From assembly GCF_009914755.1 (NCBI RefSeq), contig NC_060940.1: DNA of 64,000 nucleotides; one strand, written 5' to 3'. Positions 50,423 to 62,930 of the stretch are shown here, one piece after another; position 1 is the first letter of the stretch, and each line of letters begins with the position of its first letter. The translations under genes were made by a program, and so were the position numbers. The notes beneath the pieces are model-generated. The model searched no databases. It was not told the origin of the DNA and was given only the letters and a program-made list of their open reading frames with translations. The stretch is from the human T2T-CHM13v2.0 reference genome, Homo sapiens.

Positions 50423-51353
50423 TAGTACTTTCTGGAACAAAGGGAGGGCAAGTTTTCAAGAAACAAAGTTGGAAGGAGAAAAAGATTGAGGAATGAGAGG
50501 GAGGGGCTGTCACCGTAGAACCCTCACCAGAAGCGGGGTCAGCACGAGGCTCAGGAATGCCCTCCCAGACTGCCAACGACCTGCCAGCACTGACTGCTCA
50601 GGGCTGAATTGGTGTCTCCCCGCTTTCCTTCCGGAATCGTCTCTCCCTTCCAGGCTTACTGCCGGGGCCACATGGGCTTCCCAGGCCAGCCCTGACCCTC
50701 CCGCCTGGCCCCCGTCCCTGCAGACCCCAGCTGGCCCGAGAGAGGGGCCGCCTGTGCCCGGCACCCAATGCACCATTGAAGGAAAACATGGCCCCAGTGC
50801 CTTTTCCAGCCCCTGGCAGATATCCCTCTTTCTTCATTTCTTCCCTACTTTTTCTCCAAATGATGAAAGAAAAACACTCATAGGGAAGCGGGGAGGGAGG
50901 GGCTTTCTGCTGTATCCTATCCAGCCCCACCTTCTGAAGCCAGCAGCTGGGGCTTGTGTGGGCTGAAGGTCAGCCCAGCAGGGGGGCCCTCCCTAGCTGC
51001 AGGGGAGATGGGGCTGGGGCTGGGGCTGGGCCTGCAAGGAAGCTTCTCTCTGGGGGCCCCTCTGCTTCAGGGAGGGTCATGGGACCAGAGACCCCGGGAG
51101 TGCGGCCTGGAGTTGGGGGCTCGCCCACCTGTGATGTGATGTGTCTGGGCTCAGGTCAGCATTCAGGGAGGGTCAGTTCCTGACCTCACGGTGACTCAGT
51201 TTCCCCACCTGCAAAGAGGCGATGATGACGAGGTCTCTTGGAGCCATCTGTGAAATGGAGGTAGAGATGGGATCTCCATCCTTCCCTCGGAGACACTTGA
51301 GAACTGGAGGATGACCAGAGACTGAGCACGGCTAGACAAACGTGAAAGCGGGA

Positions 51354-51490
51354 GGGCAGCAGCCAGGACAGAGGCTGGTCACTCGAGTCCTCAGGGCAGC
51401 AGCCAGGACACAGGCCAGTCACCTGCATCCTCGGGGCAGCAGCCAGGACACAGGCGGGTCACCCACGTGCTCAGGGCAGCAGCCGGGAGT
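51354..51490. repeat. 40-bp tandem repeat, ~3.4 copies (gggcagcagccaggacacagg...)
   Basis: Starts at 51354, 51394, 51434 and 51474. Confidence 0.88.
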
Positions 51491-52103
51491 GTGGGAGGAA
51501 GAGACCCTCACCAGGGGCAGGGGGCCAGCCGGGGAGGGGTCCTGGGTGTTCAGGATGGAGGACCTTCTCCTCATAGGCCGTGTGCACCCCATGCACATAT
51601 GCTATATGAGCGTGTGCACTCACAGACACTTTTTGAATGGAGACGAAAAATGCATGTGTTCACACGTGTGCAGCTCTGCGTGAGGAAAATGCAAACAAAG
51701 CTCGGTAAAGCAGGCCGGGGCCCACACATGCGGGCAGGGCATCCAGGCAGCTTGGGCAGAGTGATCAGAGGTCCTCGCTCAGTGGCCTGTGAGCGGAGGC
51801 CTGAGTGCGACAGGTGTGGTGGCCATCTTGGCGGGGGGGGGCGGGGCGCGGGGCGTTCCAGGGCTCTGGGTGGGGCGGGCCTGGTGCAGGTCTTCCAGGC
51901 CAGCTCTGGCTGCTGGAAGATGGTGAAGCAGGGTGCGCAGCAGAGCCCAGGAAGGGGATGCCGAGTGTTCCAGTGGACGATGAGAGTCAGGGGGTTCAGA
52001 GCAGATACTGGGAAAGGCTGGATTCTAGAAGGCAGAGCCACTGATAGATCAGATGTGGGGGTGGGGGAAGGAAGGTAACTTAGCAGATCAGGGAAGCCCA
52101 ACT

Positions 52104-52795
52104 GTTCACGGAGAAGTTCACGGTGCAGGTCACACAGTTGACGGTGACGGCTATGATGCCATTGATGGTGCAGGTCAGACAGTTCACGGTGACGTCTATG
52201 ATGCCGTTGATGGTGCAGGTCACACAGTTCACGGTGACGTCTATGATACCGTTGATAGTGCAGGTCACACAGTGACATCTATGGTGCATGGTTCACAGTA
52301 ACGTCTATGATGCTGTTGATGGTGCAGGTCACACAGTTTACGGTGACGTCTATGATGCTGTTGATGGTGCAGGTCACGTGGTCATGGAGAAGTTCACGGT
52401 GCAGGTCACACAGTGACATCTATGATGCACGGTTCACGGTGACGTCTATGATGCCGTTGATGGTGCAGGTCACGTGGTCATGGAGAAGTTCACGGTGCAG
52501 GTCACACAGTTCACGGTGACGTCTATGATGCTGTTGATGGTGCAGGTCACGTGATCATGGAGAAGTTCACGGTGCAGGTCACACAGTTCACGGTGACGTC
52601 TATGATGCTGTTGATGGTGCAAGTCACGTGGTGATGGAGAAGTTCACGGTGCAGGTCACACAGTTCACGGTGACGTCTATGATGCCGTTGATGGTGCAGG
52701 TCACACAGTTCACGGTAACGTCTATGATGCTGTTGATGGTGCAGGTCACGTGGTCATGGTAAAGTTCACGGTGGAGGTCATGGTGAAGTTTGCAG
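52104..52795. repeat. Compound 45-bp/77-bp minisatellite rich in nuclear-receptor half-sites
   Basis: 45-bp spacing (52172-52217; 52653-52698) and 77-bp spacing (52499-52576-52653). Confidence 0.96.
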
Positions 52796-52799
52796 TGAA

Positions 52800-53145
52800 G
52801 CGATGACCCGACAGGTGTGGGCAAGGCCACCTCCTGCTCAGGCCCCTGGAGAAGGTCCCTCCCACCTCCTCCTCCTCCAGCCCCTGGAGGTCCCAGGCAT
52901 TCCTGGCTCGTGGCCGCCTCACTCCACCTCTACCTCCATCTTCACGTGGCCTCCTCCTGCGTCCGTCTCCCTTCTCTTCATGGGGCCCTCTCCGAAGGAC
53001 ACCTGTCTTTGGATGTAGAGCCCCTGTAATCCAGGGCGACTCCTCTTAGCTAATCGCATCTGCAAAGACCCTATTTCTAGGTAAGGTCACATTCGTAGGT
53101 GCTGGGGTTAGGACTTGCTTTTGGGGGACACACCTCAGCCCACAC
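52800..53145 (-). mobile_element. MLT1 (A-D type) LTR
   Basis: aggcattcctggctcgtggccgcctcactcc...taatccagg...catctgcaaagaccctatttc...aaggtcacattc...gggggacaca. Confidence 0.8.
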
Positions 53146-54347
53146 CTCACAATTCCCCACCCTCCACCCAACCTCAGCAATGACAACTTCAGAGGGTGAA
53201 AGTGCCACACAGACAATGACACAGAGACGCAGGTGAGTGGCTCCGTGGGGGTGGCTCAGACCCCAGCGAGCCAGCATCTGGGCCGAGGCCTCCAGAGCCC
53301 AACGCAGCCCCGGCGGGTGGTCCAGGGGGAGTGGCGGGCAGGGGTGGTGGGGCAGCAGGGGCAAGGCCAGGAGGTGTGTATGCTTGGGCTCAGGCAGGCA
53401 GGTGAGCAGGCAGGGGTGCGAGTGGGCAGGGGTGCAAGCAGGCAGGGGTGCGAGCGGGCAGGGGTGGGTGTGAGCATGGCTCTCCCGCATGGCTGCAGCC
53501 TCAGGTGTGTTTGGAAGGACCCCTTGGCCTGCCTCAGGGAGAACGGGGTGTAGGGAGCCCCAGGAAGCTGGAGACAGGTGTCAAAATCTTCTGGGCAGGA
53601 GACGGCGGTGGCCTGAGGTGGCGCAGGGTGGATGCCAGCCCAAGTGCTGCAGGGCCTGGGGCCTCTCACTCTGTGTCCATGGCGAGTGTCTCACCCTCTC
53701 TGAGCTTGGTTTCTTTATCTGTAGGGAGTGTGTGAGGCCCCCACCTGGTTTCCCTTTCTGTCACAGCTGAACAGGCCCACACCTGGGGTCCCCTTCTGCC
53801 CTTCAGCATTCTGGGGGCCTCACAGGGCCCCCACCAGCCTGCCCTGCCTTCCCAGAAGAGACGAAACCCTGATGTTCATGGAGCCCTGGCGTGGTGTCGC
53901 ACAGCAAGGCCAGGTCCAGCTGCTGGCTGTGGACGGCCGGGGTGAGGGGCCACCACCCTCTTCCCCCTGGGAGGGGAGGCCAAAGGCTCTGGGAAGGAGC
54001 TGGGGGCCACTGCCCTGCTGGGCGAACCTGGGGTCCCAAGACCCTGTTGGTCTCGCCTCTGTCTCCTGCCAGAGCCGAGTCAGCCTCAGGCTAGGGAGGT
54101 GCAGGGGGCGGGGGGTCCGGAGAGGCAGTTGGGGAGGCAGGGGCCAGCATAGAGCCCCACCCTCCATCAGGAGCCCACCACGCCCCCTGTCCCAGGCCCA
54201 CCGTCCCAGGCCCACCCTGCTCTGCCATCCCCTCTCCAGTCCCAGGCCCGAAGTAACACGTCTGCCAGTCCCACTTGGCCATGCAGGCCTCTGCGCAGCC
54301 TCAGACACAGCCACCCAGTGCCCACCTTCCCAGTGCCCTCTCCACAG

Positions 54348-54480
54348 CCTGCTGTGTGACTGCAGGCACCTCGCTTAACCTCTCTGAGCCCTACTGTGTG
54401 ACCGCAGGCACCTCGCTTAACCTCTCTGAGCCCTGCTGTGTGACTGCAGGCACCTCGCTTAACCTCTCTGAACCCTGCTG
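54348..54480 (+). repeat. 42-bp x3 tandem repeat of a MIR core segment
   Basis: ctgtgtgactgcaggcacctcgcttaacctctctgagcc at 54352, 54394 and 54436. Confidence 0.9.
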
Positions 54481-57400
54481 CATCGGAGCTCATGAGGTCT
54501 TTGCCAGTGAAGGCTTTTCCTGCTCCAATGGCGGTTCCAGAAACCCTTGACCTTTCCTGGGCACAGCAGCCCAGACCCAGCCATAGAGCCAGGGACCTTT
54601 GTTCTGTCCTAGAGTTGCCCCAGACTGGGCCCTGGGATAGCAGCATGCAGCATGGGGGACAGGGAGGGCAGTCTGTCTCACCCACAGCGATGTCCCCACA
54701 CTCGGTCAATATACCCGAAAGAGCGAGTGGGTGAACGGGGGACCTCGTCAGGGCGGGGACAGCTTGGAAAATGTGCAGCCCAGAGAGAACGCTCACACAC
54801 CATAAACCATGCCGACGGCTTCGGCCCACATAGTAGTTACTTGTTTTACATGAATTCTTGCCAAAGTTTTTAAATGGGGAGATTTCACTTTAAAACCTGG
54901 ATTTCTCAAAAATCAGAAAGTCTGCCACTGTGCTCCGTGTCCTGGCAGCCACAGCCACAGCCGGGGCCCGGGCAGCAGTGGCCGCTTATCCAACTGTGGG
55001 CATGGGAGCCCTGCGACCCCCACCTGAGTGGGAGGGTCACCGAGAGACCCAGGGCGCACCACGGCGACACCAGACCAGGCACTAGCGGTGTGGCATCCCC
55101 ATTGCTCCTTCCTTGAACAAATCTGGGCCATTATCTCTGCCTTATCCAAGGCACGGGGGCCATAGTCGTGCGTAAAGCTAATTAAAATCTGGGTCCCCGC
55201 ACGCACGTGATAAATGGGACAAACAGCTGCCATCCCGTGTGCACGAGAGGCCGGGACCAAGAAGGCAGAGCAGCAGGAGATGGCTGGGTGCTGAGGCTGG
55301 CGGCCTGGGCAGTGACACTCCAGGACAGACCCGCTCTGTCTCTCCCCTCAGCCTCTCTCTTCCCTTCACCCTCAAAACACCCACCTGTGGGCCCTGGAGG
55401 TGGCAGGAGGAACGCAGGAGTGAGGAGACAGCAAAGGAGAGGCCCAGCAGGCCGAGGCCCGGCGCACCGTGGCTTTCCCAGCACAGATGTGTTTTCTGTG
55501 TTTTTCTGAAAGCAGGGAGCCCTGGGCTCTGTGGCAGCCCTGCTCAGCCCCACTGGGCCCCGCCGTCCTGCCTGCCTGTGAACCCAGGCCTCTGGAGAAG
55601 TGATTCCGTCCAGAGTGAGCCTCGGAGGGTGTCCTGCAGAGCTGGGGGCAGCGTTATAGCAAGGTTCAGTCAGTCCCGCCATTGCCTCTAGCTGGGCGTT
55701 GAACTCGGTTTTCTCAGCTCTGAAATGGGGTGACTGTGGCAGTGCTGACTGCAGCTGTGGTCCGGAGGGTGCAGGACCCAGGGACATCCCAGCTCCTGGG
55801 CTCCGCGCCTCAGGGCCTGGGCAGTGCCACAGAGGCCTCTGCAGCCTCCGCAGCAGTGGGGAGAGCGACCGGGCCAGCCCCCAGGGCTGTGTGAGTGTGG
55901 TGGCAGGTGCCATGGAGGCAGGTGCCATGGAAGCAGGCGCTGTGGTGGCACTTAGAGACAGTGACCCTGAGCCTCCACCAAGAGGGGTGAGGAGAAGGGC
56001 CCTGCTGCCACCTGGCCAGTGACAACCCCAAGACCATGCGGTGGAGCCGTCTGGGACCCTCAGCATCCGAGCTTTCCCTACACCCTCGGGTCTGGGACTC
56101 CCTGAAGGACAGCTGGAGGCTGCAGGCCCTCAGGGCTGGCTGCCTGCAGTGGGTCCACACCCTGTCACCCTCAGGGCCTAGATCCCGAGTCCCCAGGAAG
56201 ACAGGGTAGAGTCCAACCTTGGGAGCCCAAAGCCCCCACCTGGATTCAGGCTGCTCCCTGCAGGCCACGGGCCTCCAGGTCGGACACGGCCACAGATCAC
56301 GGCCACGGATCCCATCACGCCCGGGCTTCAGTCTCCAACACAAACACCTGCTGGGCATCGGGAAACGGGAACAAACTTTGGTGTGGGGTGGAGGCATCTG
56401 GCCTCGGGGGCACCTGGAGGAGGCCACAGTCTCGTTACCTCCACCCCAAAGAGCCCTGGGGACCGCAGACTCGAGTTGTTGGAGGCCCAGGGATGCTGTG
56501 GCGCCGGGATTTGAAAGGTGGCAGCCTCCCGGGAGAGAGCCGTGAGGGCAGAGGCCCCCAGGCCCGGCAGAGCTGCCCTGGATTGGGAGCAAGCTATGGC
56601 TGGGAGCGGGCCCCACGGCAGGAGGGTCCGAGGGAGAGGCAGGCCCTGTGGCCTCAGGTTGGCACCGTAGAGGCCTCCTCTGTCCTGGCTGTGGCCTCCT
56701 GCTCTCGAGAACAGGCCGAACCCAGAAGGACGTCCCAGTGGGGGGTAACTTCCCCTGCCCCAGGGAACAGGGCTCTTCAGTGCCCGGGCGGCACAGGGCC
56801 ACCCCTCACCAGGCCACTGTGGCCAGAGGTCCACGCAGGACAGCCCCGCCCAGACGTCCACTGCCACCCGGCCCTGCCTTCCCAGGGCCATGGGTCAGCC
56901 AGTTAGGGCGGGGCAGAGGGGAGCACGGCCAGGCCTCCAGTTTCCAGCTGCCCAGAGACCAGCTGAGGCCACACAGCGAGTGGGAACAGCAGGGTCAGCC
57001 GCGCCAGGGCCCAGGTAGCCTCGAGGAGGCACCTGCAACAGGGAAGGGCGCTGCCTCGGCCTCGCAGAGACTCCGGTCCCGGGTGCCACTTCCCACTGTG
57101 TGGCCTTGGAAAAGTCCCTTCCCCTCTCTGAGCCTCGGTTTCTCGTCTGAGCAATGGGGAGGAACAGAACCACCTTGTGGGGCCTTGAGAGGATTCATGA
57201 GGCAGTGCTGGCCCGGTGACCACCCGGAACATCAGGGACCCTCCGGGATCTCAGGATCTGTCAGGCCAGTGCCGGTCACAGCTGAGCGAGGTCCTGGAGA
57301 GGGGCCGGGAGCCTCCACCACAGCCTGCCGCCCAGGGCCTCGAACTGCCCAAGGCTCACCACCCTGCCCCACAACCTCAGGAGCCAGGGCCCTTCCCCCA

Positions 57401-59864
57401 AGCCCCTCCTCAAACCTCAGCCAGACTCCACCCCTGGCTGAAGGAGGGAAGAAGGCTCTGTGTCCTGGGAACCCAGGGGCCTGTGCTGCGGGGGGCAGTG
57501 CTGTGCCCATTTTACAGCTGAACACACTGAGACTGAGCCCCCAGCCTGGGAATGGCAGTGCAGTGGGAATGCCTGTCACTCAGGCCCCCTCTGCAAAGTG
57601 TCTGGAAAATCACAGCTGGCACTCCAGGTGGCCACCCAGACAGGATGTCTTCCAGGGGCAGGAGGACACGGACCCAGCCTGCTCAGGAGCAGGGAGAGCG
57701 CCCGGAAGTGACCAGAGCTGGGTGCACGTCCCAGACCCACATCTCAGCCATGTGCCCTGGAACCCAGCACTGACACTGGAGGCCCATTTCCTCATCTGCA
57801 AACCGGGACCGACGGCTTCTTCCAGGCGTGTAGCTCCCAAGCCCCGCATGATCATTGGACCGATTGCCTGGAAGGCCACACCCGGCACACAGTCGGTGCT
57901 CATAGCGTCCTTCCTCAAGCTGGGGCGGCAGGCACGCAGCCCGGCCCCTCCCAGGACGACTCGCTTCCCAGCGCTGCAGAGCCAGAGTGCGGACACCCCA
58001 TCCCCACCCAGCTCCCACCCCGGGCACTTCACTAATCCTCTCGTCCTTAGGAGGCAAAATTATAATCACTTTTAATTGAAAAAGGAGGCTGATATGATTC
58101 CGAACCCCACAGCAGCGGGAGAGTAATTAACGCAGCCACCAGGCGTCGCAGAAACCCATTAATCATGTCACTCAGGAGACAGCTCATTAAACCTCGGCTG
58201 GGGCAGTGGGAGGACCAGGTGACCCCCATGTAGGCCTCATCGGTCCCGGTTTCTCATGCAGAGACCTCACTCGAGGTGGGATGGGCTCCGTTCCCAAAAA
58301 CCAGAGGCCGTGACCTTCTCAGGAGGCCACTTGACGGCACAGGGGAATCCAGGTGGCTGCTCGAAGTTCACTTACGCTCTTGCTGCCCGGGCGTCCTCAT
58401 CTGTGAGATGGGCCTGCTGGGGCTTCCCCACGCTGGAAGACAGACGACACCCAGGCCTCCCGTCCTACCTCCCACCCAGACCAGCTTCACACTGTCACAC
58501 GTTGTGATCTTAGTGGTGTGTGACTTCGGCAGGATCTCCAAGGCAAGCTCTGGGCCTAGCCGGAAGCTTCTGACCCAGAGAGTCTGGGTAGGCCCCAGAA
58601 AAGACCACTGAAAGAAGCCACTTCAGACGCCACCACCATTACCGTGAGAAATTGCACGCAGGGCTTCATTGGGAAAGAGTAATGGAAAATAACTAGGGTT
58701 TCTAGCATCAACAAGCAGTCACGTGGTGATTGGTTGTTTTAGGGGAGGGATGGTAACAACCTTGCCCACAAAATCAAAACCCCGCAGGACCACGCACCCT
58801 TCGCCCTTCCAGGGCTCCCTCCACGGGACCCAGCCTGCAGAAGGGTCCTGCAGGAAGTGGCACGCTCGCTCCCCGGGAGGGGTACCCAGGGCTCCTCTTG
58901 GGGGACCAGAGCCTGAGCAGGGGCCTGTCCTGCGGTCGGCGTCTACCCCAGGGCCTGGGACTGTCAGGTCAAGGTCAGCCACCCACACACTCAGGGCGTC
59001 CTCCTGGGGTCCCGTGGAGTCTCCGTGGTACTCGGCTTCCTTCTCGCTGTGACAGGGTGAGGGCTGACAGCTCCAAGAGAAAGGCAGACTTGGGCACCGC
59101 CTGCCCTTTTCCAGAGCTGCTGCTTGGCACATGGAGGACTGTTTGTCTGCTGGGCCTCCCCCAGGAGGCCGAGAGCAAGGCCCCCACCCACCCTGCCCAG
59201 AGCGTCGCTGCAAGGGAGCTCAAAGCCAGGGGCGAAAGAGCCCAGGCTCCGCCACTGTGTGGCCTGGGGCAGGCCCACACCCTTTCTGAGCCACTGTTCC
59301 CATCTGTGAAGTGGGCACACTGACCGAGTCACCCTCAACGATCCTCATTCTAGAAATCCAAGGCAGGGCTGCTCGACCGGCCAATGAGAGAAAGGCACCC
59401 CCGTCTTTGGATTTTAAAGTGGGTTCTGGGGCTGTGGGCACCGTTGCCCATTCTAACCACCTGCCACCTCCACACCCTGGACGAGCCGTCTCAGCCTTGG
59501 GATACCCGCCTGGCTGTATTCACCTTGGCTCTGCTAGAAGGTTCCTGGGGCCAATGAATCCCAATCCAGTCCCCGCAAGCCAGATGCCTGGCGGGGCGGC
59601 CCCCAAACGTTTCTCGCTCCCCGCACATGGTCCCTCTTCCTACACCCTTTGGGCAGGGGAGAAGGACCCTCAGACAAATGTGCTGATGGAGGCAGCTGGC
59701 GTTTGCTGGGCTCCGGTACAGCATTGACATTTAGAGGGTAGGCTGTGTCTCCAAAGTCATTTCTGGACAGCATGCTACAGTTGCACCTCCACCTCCCAGT
59801 GCCGGGGAGCTCTCAGAGTCTCCTATAGAAATGAGGCCCCAAAGCCCCCCATGGCCTGGCAGGG

Positions 59865-60005
59865 GAGTGTGCGTGAGCCCACGTGTGCATGGGCATGTGT
59901 GGATGTATGCACGTATGAGCATGTGCTCACGTGTGTGCATGGATGAGCATGCATAACTGCACACACCTGTATATGTGTGCATGAGTGTGTCCACGTGTGT
60001 GCTCA
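59865..60005. repeat. GT/CA-rich low-complexity tract
   Basis: gtgtgcatgggcatgtgtgg... Confidence 0.8.
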
Positions 60006-62699
60006 CAGGGAAGGCCTGTCCCCACCCTGCAGCCCACCCGAATTGGTCCCTCACCCTAACCTAGAGCCCCAGGTTCAAGGAGCAGCTCCTGGAGACCCCA
60101 GGAATAACAGCTGCCCCAGCTGGACTCTACCCGGGCTCCTGAGCACCAACTCCCTGCCAGGCCCAGGATGGGGGCAAGCAGAAGACCTGCGGCCCCAACC
60201 GGTGTGATGCCGGCAGTGAGGACAGGGGACAGTACAGCAGCAAATGGACACCATCTACAGAGCCGGGACCAACAGCAACAGCTCTGTGGTCAGGGAGGGC
60301 TTCCTGGAGGAGGTGGCATTGGAGCTAAAGCTGAAGGCCCATCTCGGTGAGGCCGTGGAGGGTTGTCTAGGAGACTGAGCAGAGCTGGGTTGGGGCCTGG
60401 CCACTGATGAGGTCCTGGTGTCCTTCTGGGTAATGACCCCCTGAATATTGGCCTTTGTGGCACAGAGGGGCAGAGGAGAGGGGGGCTGCCGTTCTTGCCT
60501 GCCTCTTGCCATGTGCCAGCTCTCAGCAATTTCAGTGGGTGGCAGGGCTCCGTCTTTAAGCACAAATCCCCACCGCCCCCCCGGCCACCTCCCTGTCATT
60601 TTCGAAGACATCATTTTCTTTCCCCATGTGCCCCCTTATCTCCCTCCTGTTAAAGGATCTCGAATAGGCACCCCGATAAGACAGGACGAACACCATTCCC
60701 CAGCCCCTCCAATGCCGGCCTCCACTTTCCCCCAAAGTAATTAAGATAAATGCAGCTGATAATTTGCGCCGTATTCTTAAACTTACCCTCCGGGCCATAT
60801 CTCAGATATAATTTTACCTGCAAAGGTTTATCTGAGCACTCAGGTAACAGATAGTTTTTAAGCAAAGCGGCAGCGTTTGAAGCAAAAGGAAAGGAGAATG
60901 TTTGTGAAATAAATGTCAGGAGGCAGCAGCGCTGCGGCCCCGTACGGCGAGGACTACAGACGGGAGGCCCCTGTGCTTTTCTCCTGGGCTGCTCGGCTCC
61001 ACCAGGGTTTGGGGTGAGCCTGGCCGCCTGCCCAAGTTGTGAATGGGGCCGGATGGGTGTGATGGGCAGACACGATGCTCAGGATGAAGGCCGGGGCACA
61101 GCCGAACTCCTCCCTTTTCCCAGCCTCGCTGTCTCGGGTGACCTGGGACCGGAGGCTGCTGCCCAGCGGTGCTGGCACACATGGCATCTGGCTTTGTGCT
61201 CCACACCCATCGGGGAGAGGCTAGCTGGCTTCAGGGGCCGTGCCAAGCCACGGAAGGGGGGTCAGACAGCAGGGGACGGTGCCCAGGGTGACACAGCTCG
61301 GACAGGATCAGCCCTGGTGGGCAGCCAGAGGCCGGAGGGAACCGACAGACTGGACCGAGCTGGTCCGAGGACGGGCCGGTGCCTCCCAAACAGACCGGGA
61401 GAGCTCAGCACGGGAGGCCAACATCCTGACCCCGGCTCTGCTCCCCAGACTTGCCATGTGACCTTGGGCAGGTTCTGTGAGCCTCAGTTTCCCCCATTCG
61501 GCCTGGAAGCCCAGCTGCTCTTCCCAGCCCGGTCCCACCCCATGGCACATATTTCTTGGCCCTTGTGTGGTGTCCAGGGTGGGACAGGTGGGGCCCTGGG
61601 ATTGGGTGTGGACAGCCTCCCTAACCCCCGGCAGCCTCCCACTCCCTGCCCCTGAAGCCCATGCTGGTCCCACCCCTTGAAGCGCCGTCTGCCCCCTCAA
61701 TAGCACTCCACCCCTCCTCAACGTTCCTCCAACAGCCAGGAATGCCCCCAACGCCATGCCTGAGAGACCCTCACCCAAGGCCAGGCCTCGGCTGAAGAGT
61801 CACATCATCAGAGCAGCCGCTCAGGTCACCCAGAAGGCCCCATGTCCCCACTCTTCTCTCTCAGGCCAGGGCCTTGGAGCTGGGATTGAGCCAGGCAGGA
61901 CTCGGGGGCCTGTGGGGCTCACGCAATGCCCTCCTCTGCCAAAGGGAGGAAGGCACAGAGAGGGGTGGAGGCCGGCCTGAGGCCACACAGCACACAGTAG
62001 CAGACCCTGGCTGCAGGTGGGGGCCAGATCCCAACTGCAGGTTCAGCTCTCAGCCATGCTGTCCTTCCCCAGTGCCATGTCTGGAAAGCGGGGCCACACG
62101 CAGGTTCCATGTGTGGGGAAGACAGGGCACATGCACCAGGCCCCACTCCCACACCGGGACGAGGGAAGAAAGGGCAGTTCTCCCGCAGCTCCCCCTCGCC
62201 GGGAACCCCACGCTTTCCGCTCTCCCCACAGAGGGGCTGAGGAGAAAGGGAGAGCCAGTCCCTGCTGTTTGGGAAGGCACGGGCCAGCCCTGACGACAGC
62301 AGAAACAACCAGGAGAATGAAGCCTACCCCACACCAGGGATGGATGCAGCTGAAAGGGCTGGGACCGTTCACAAGGAGGAGGAGCAGGTTGCTTAGGATG
62401 CCTGGCTGCAAGTGGGACTGCGTGAGCGTTGATATCAGGGTGTCACAGACAGGCCCAAGGACCCATCAGATCCAACCTCCATTTACAGTTGGTGAAACTG
62501 AGGCCAGGAGGCCCAATTGGACAGTGGCACTCCAGTTGGGCAGTGCAGCCGAGTGTGCAGGGCTCCCAGGCCTGGTCCCCAGGGGATGGCCACCAGGATG
62601 TGGAACGACAGGCGCCCTTTGAGAATTGCAGGATCATGGAGACACGCCCGAGGAGTTCACACCACACGCAATCCAGGAGGGCTTCCTGGAAGAGGGATG

Positions 62700-62930
62700 C
62701 CATGCTTCTGAGCAAACGTCTGCTAGGCACTCACTGCGTGCTGGTTTGTGTGCTCCATGAGGTGGCTTGCGTTGTTCTGTTTAACCCTCTGACCACACCC
62801 TGTGAGGTCAAGACTCTGATCATCCCCATTTCACAGGTGGGAAAACGGGCTCAGAGAGGCTGGGACGGGGCTTGGATCCCACAGTCAAGGAGTGCGGGAT
62901 CTGAGAGTCAAGCCCAGGTGGGGCTGGCCC
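62700..62930 (-). mobile_element. MIR
   Basis: tttaaccctctgaccacaccctgtgaggt...catccccatttcacaggtgggaaaacgggctcagagagg. Confidence 0.75.

Noticed and set aside
56648-58075. 475-aa ORF, the longest outside tandem repeats
   Set aside because: Non-ATG start, runs through MIR fragments (~57090-57170, ~57720-57800), no recognisable domain
58718-58733. GTCACGTG next to ATTGG as a possible ER-stress element
   Set aside because: The reverse strand reads CCAAT-N2-CCACG, not the CCAAT-N9-CCACG spacing of ERSE
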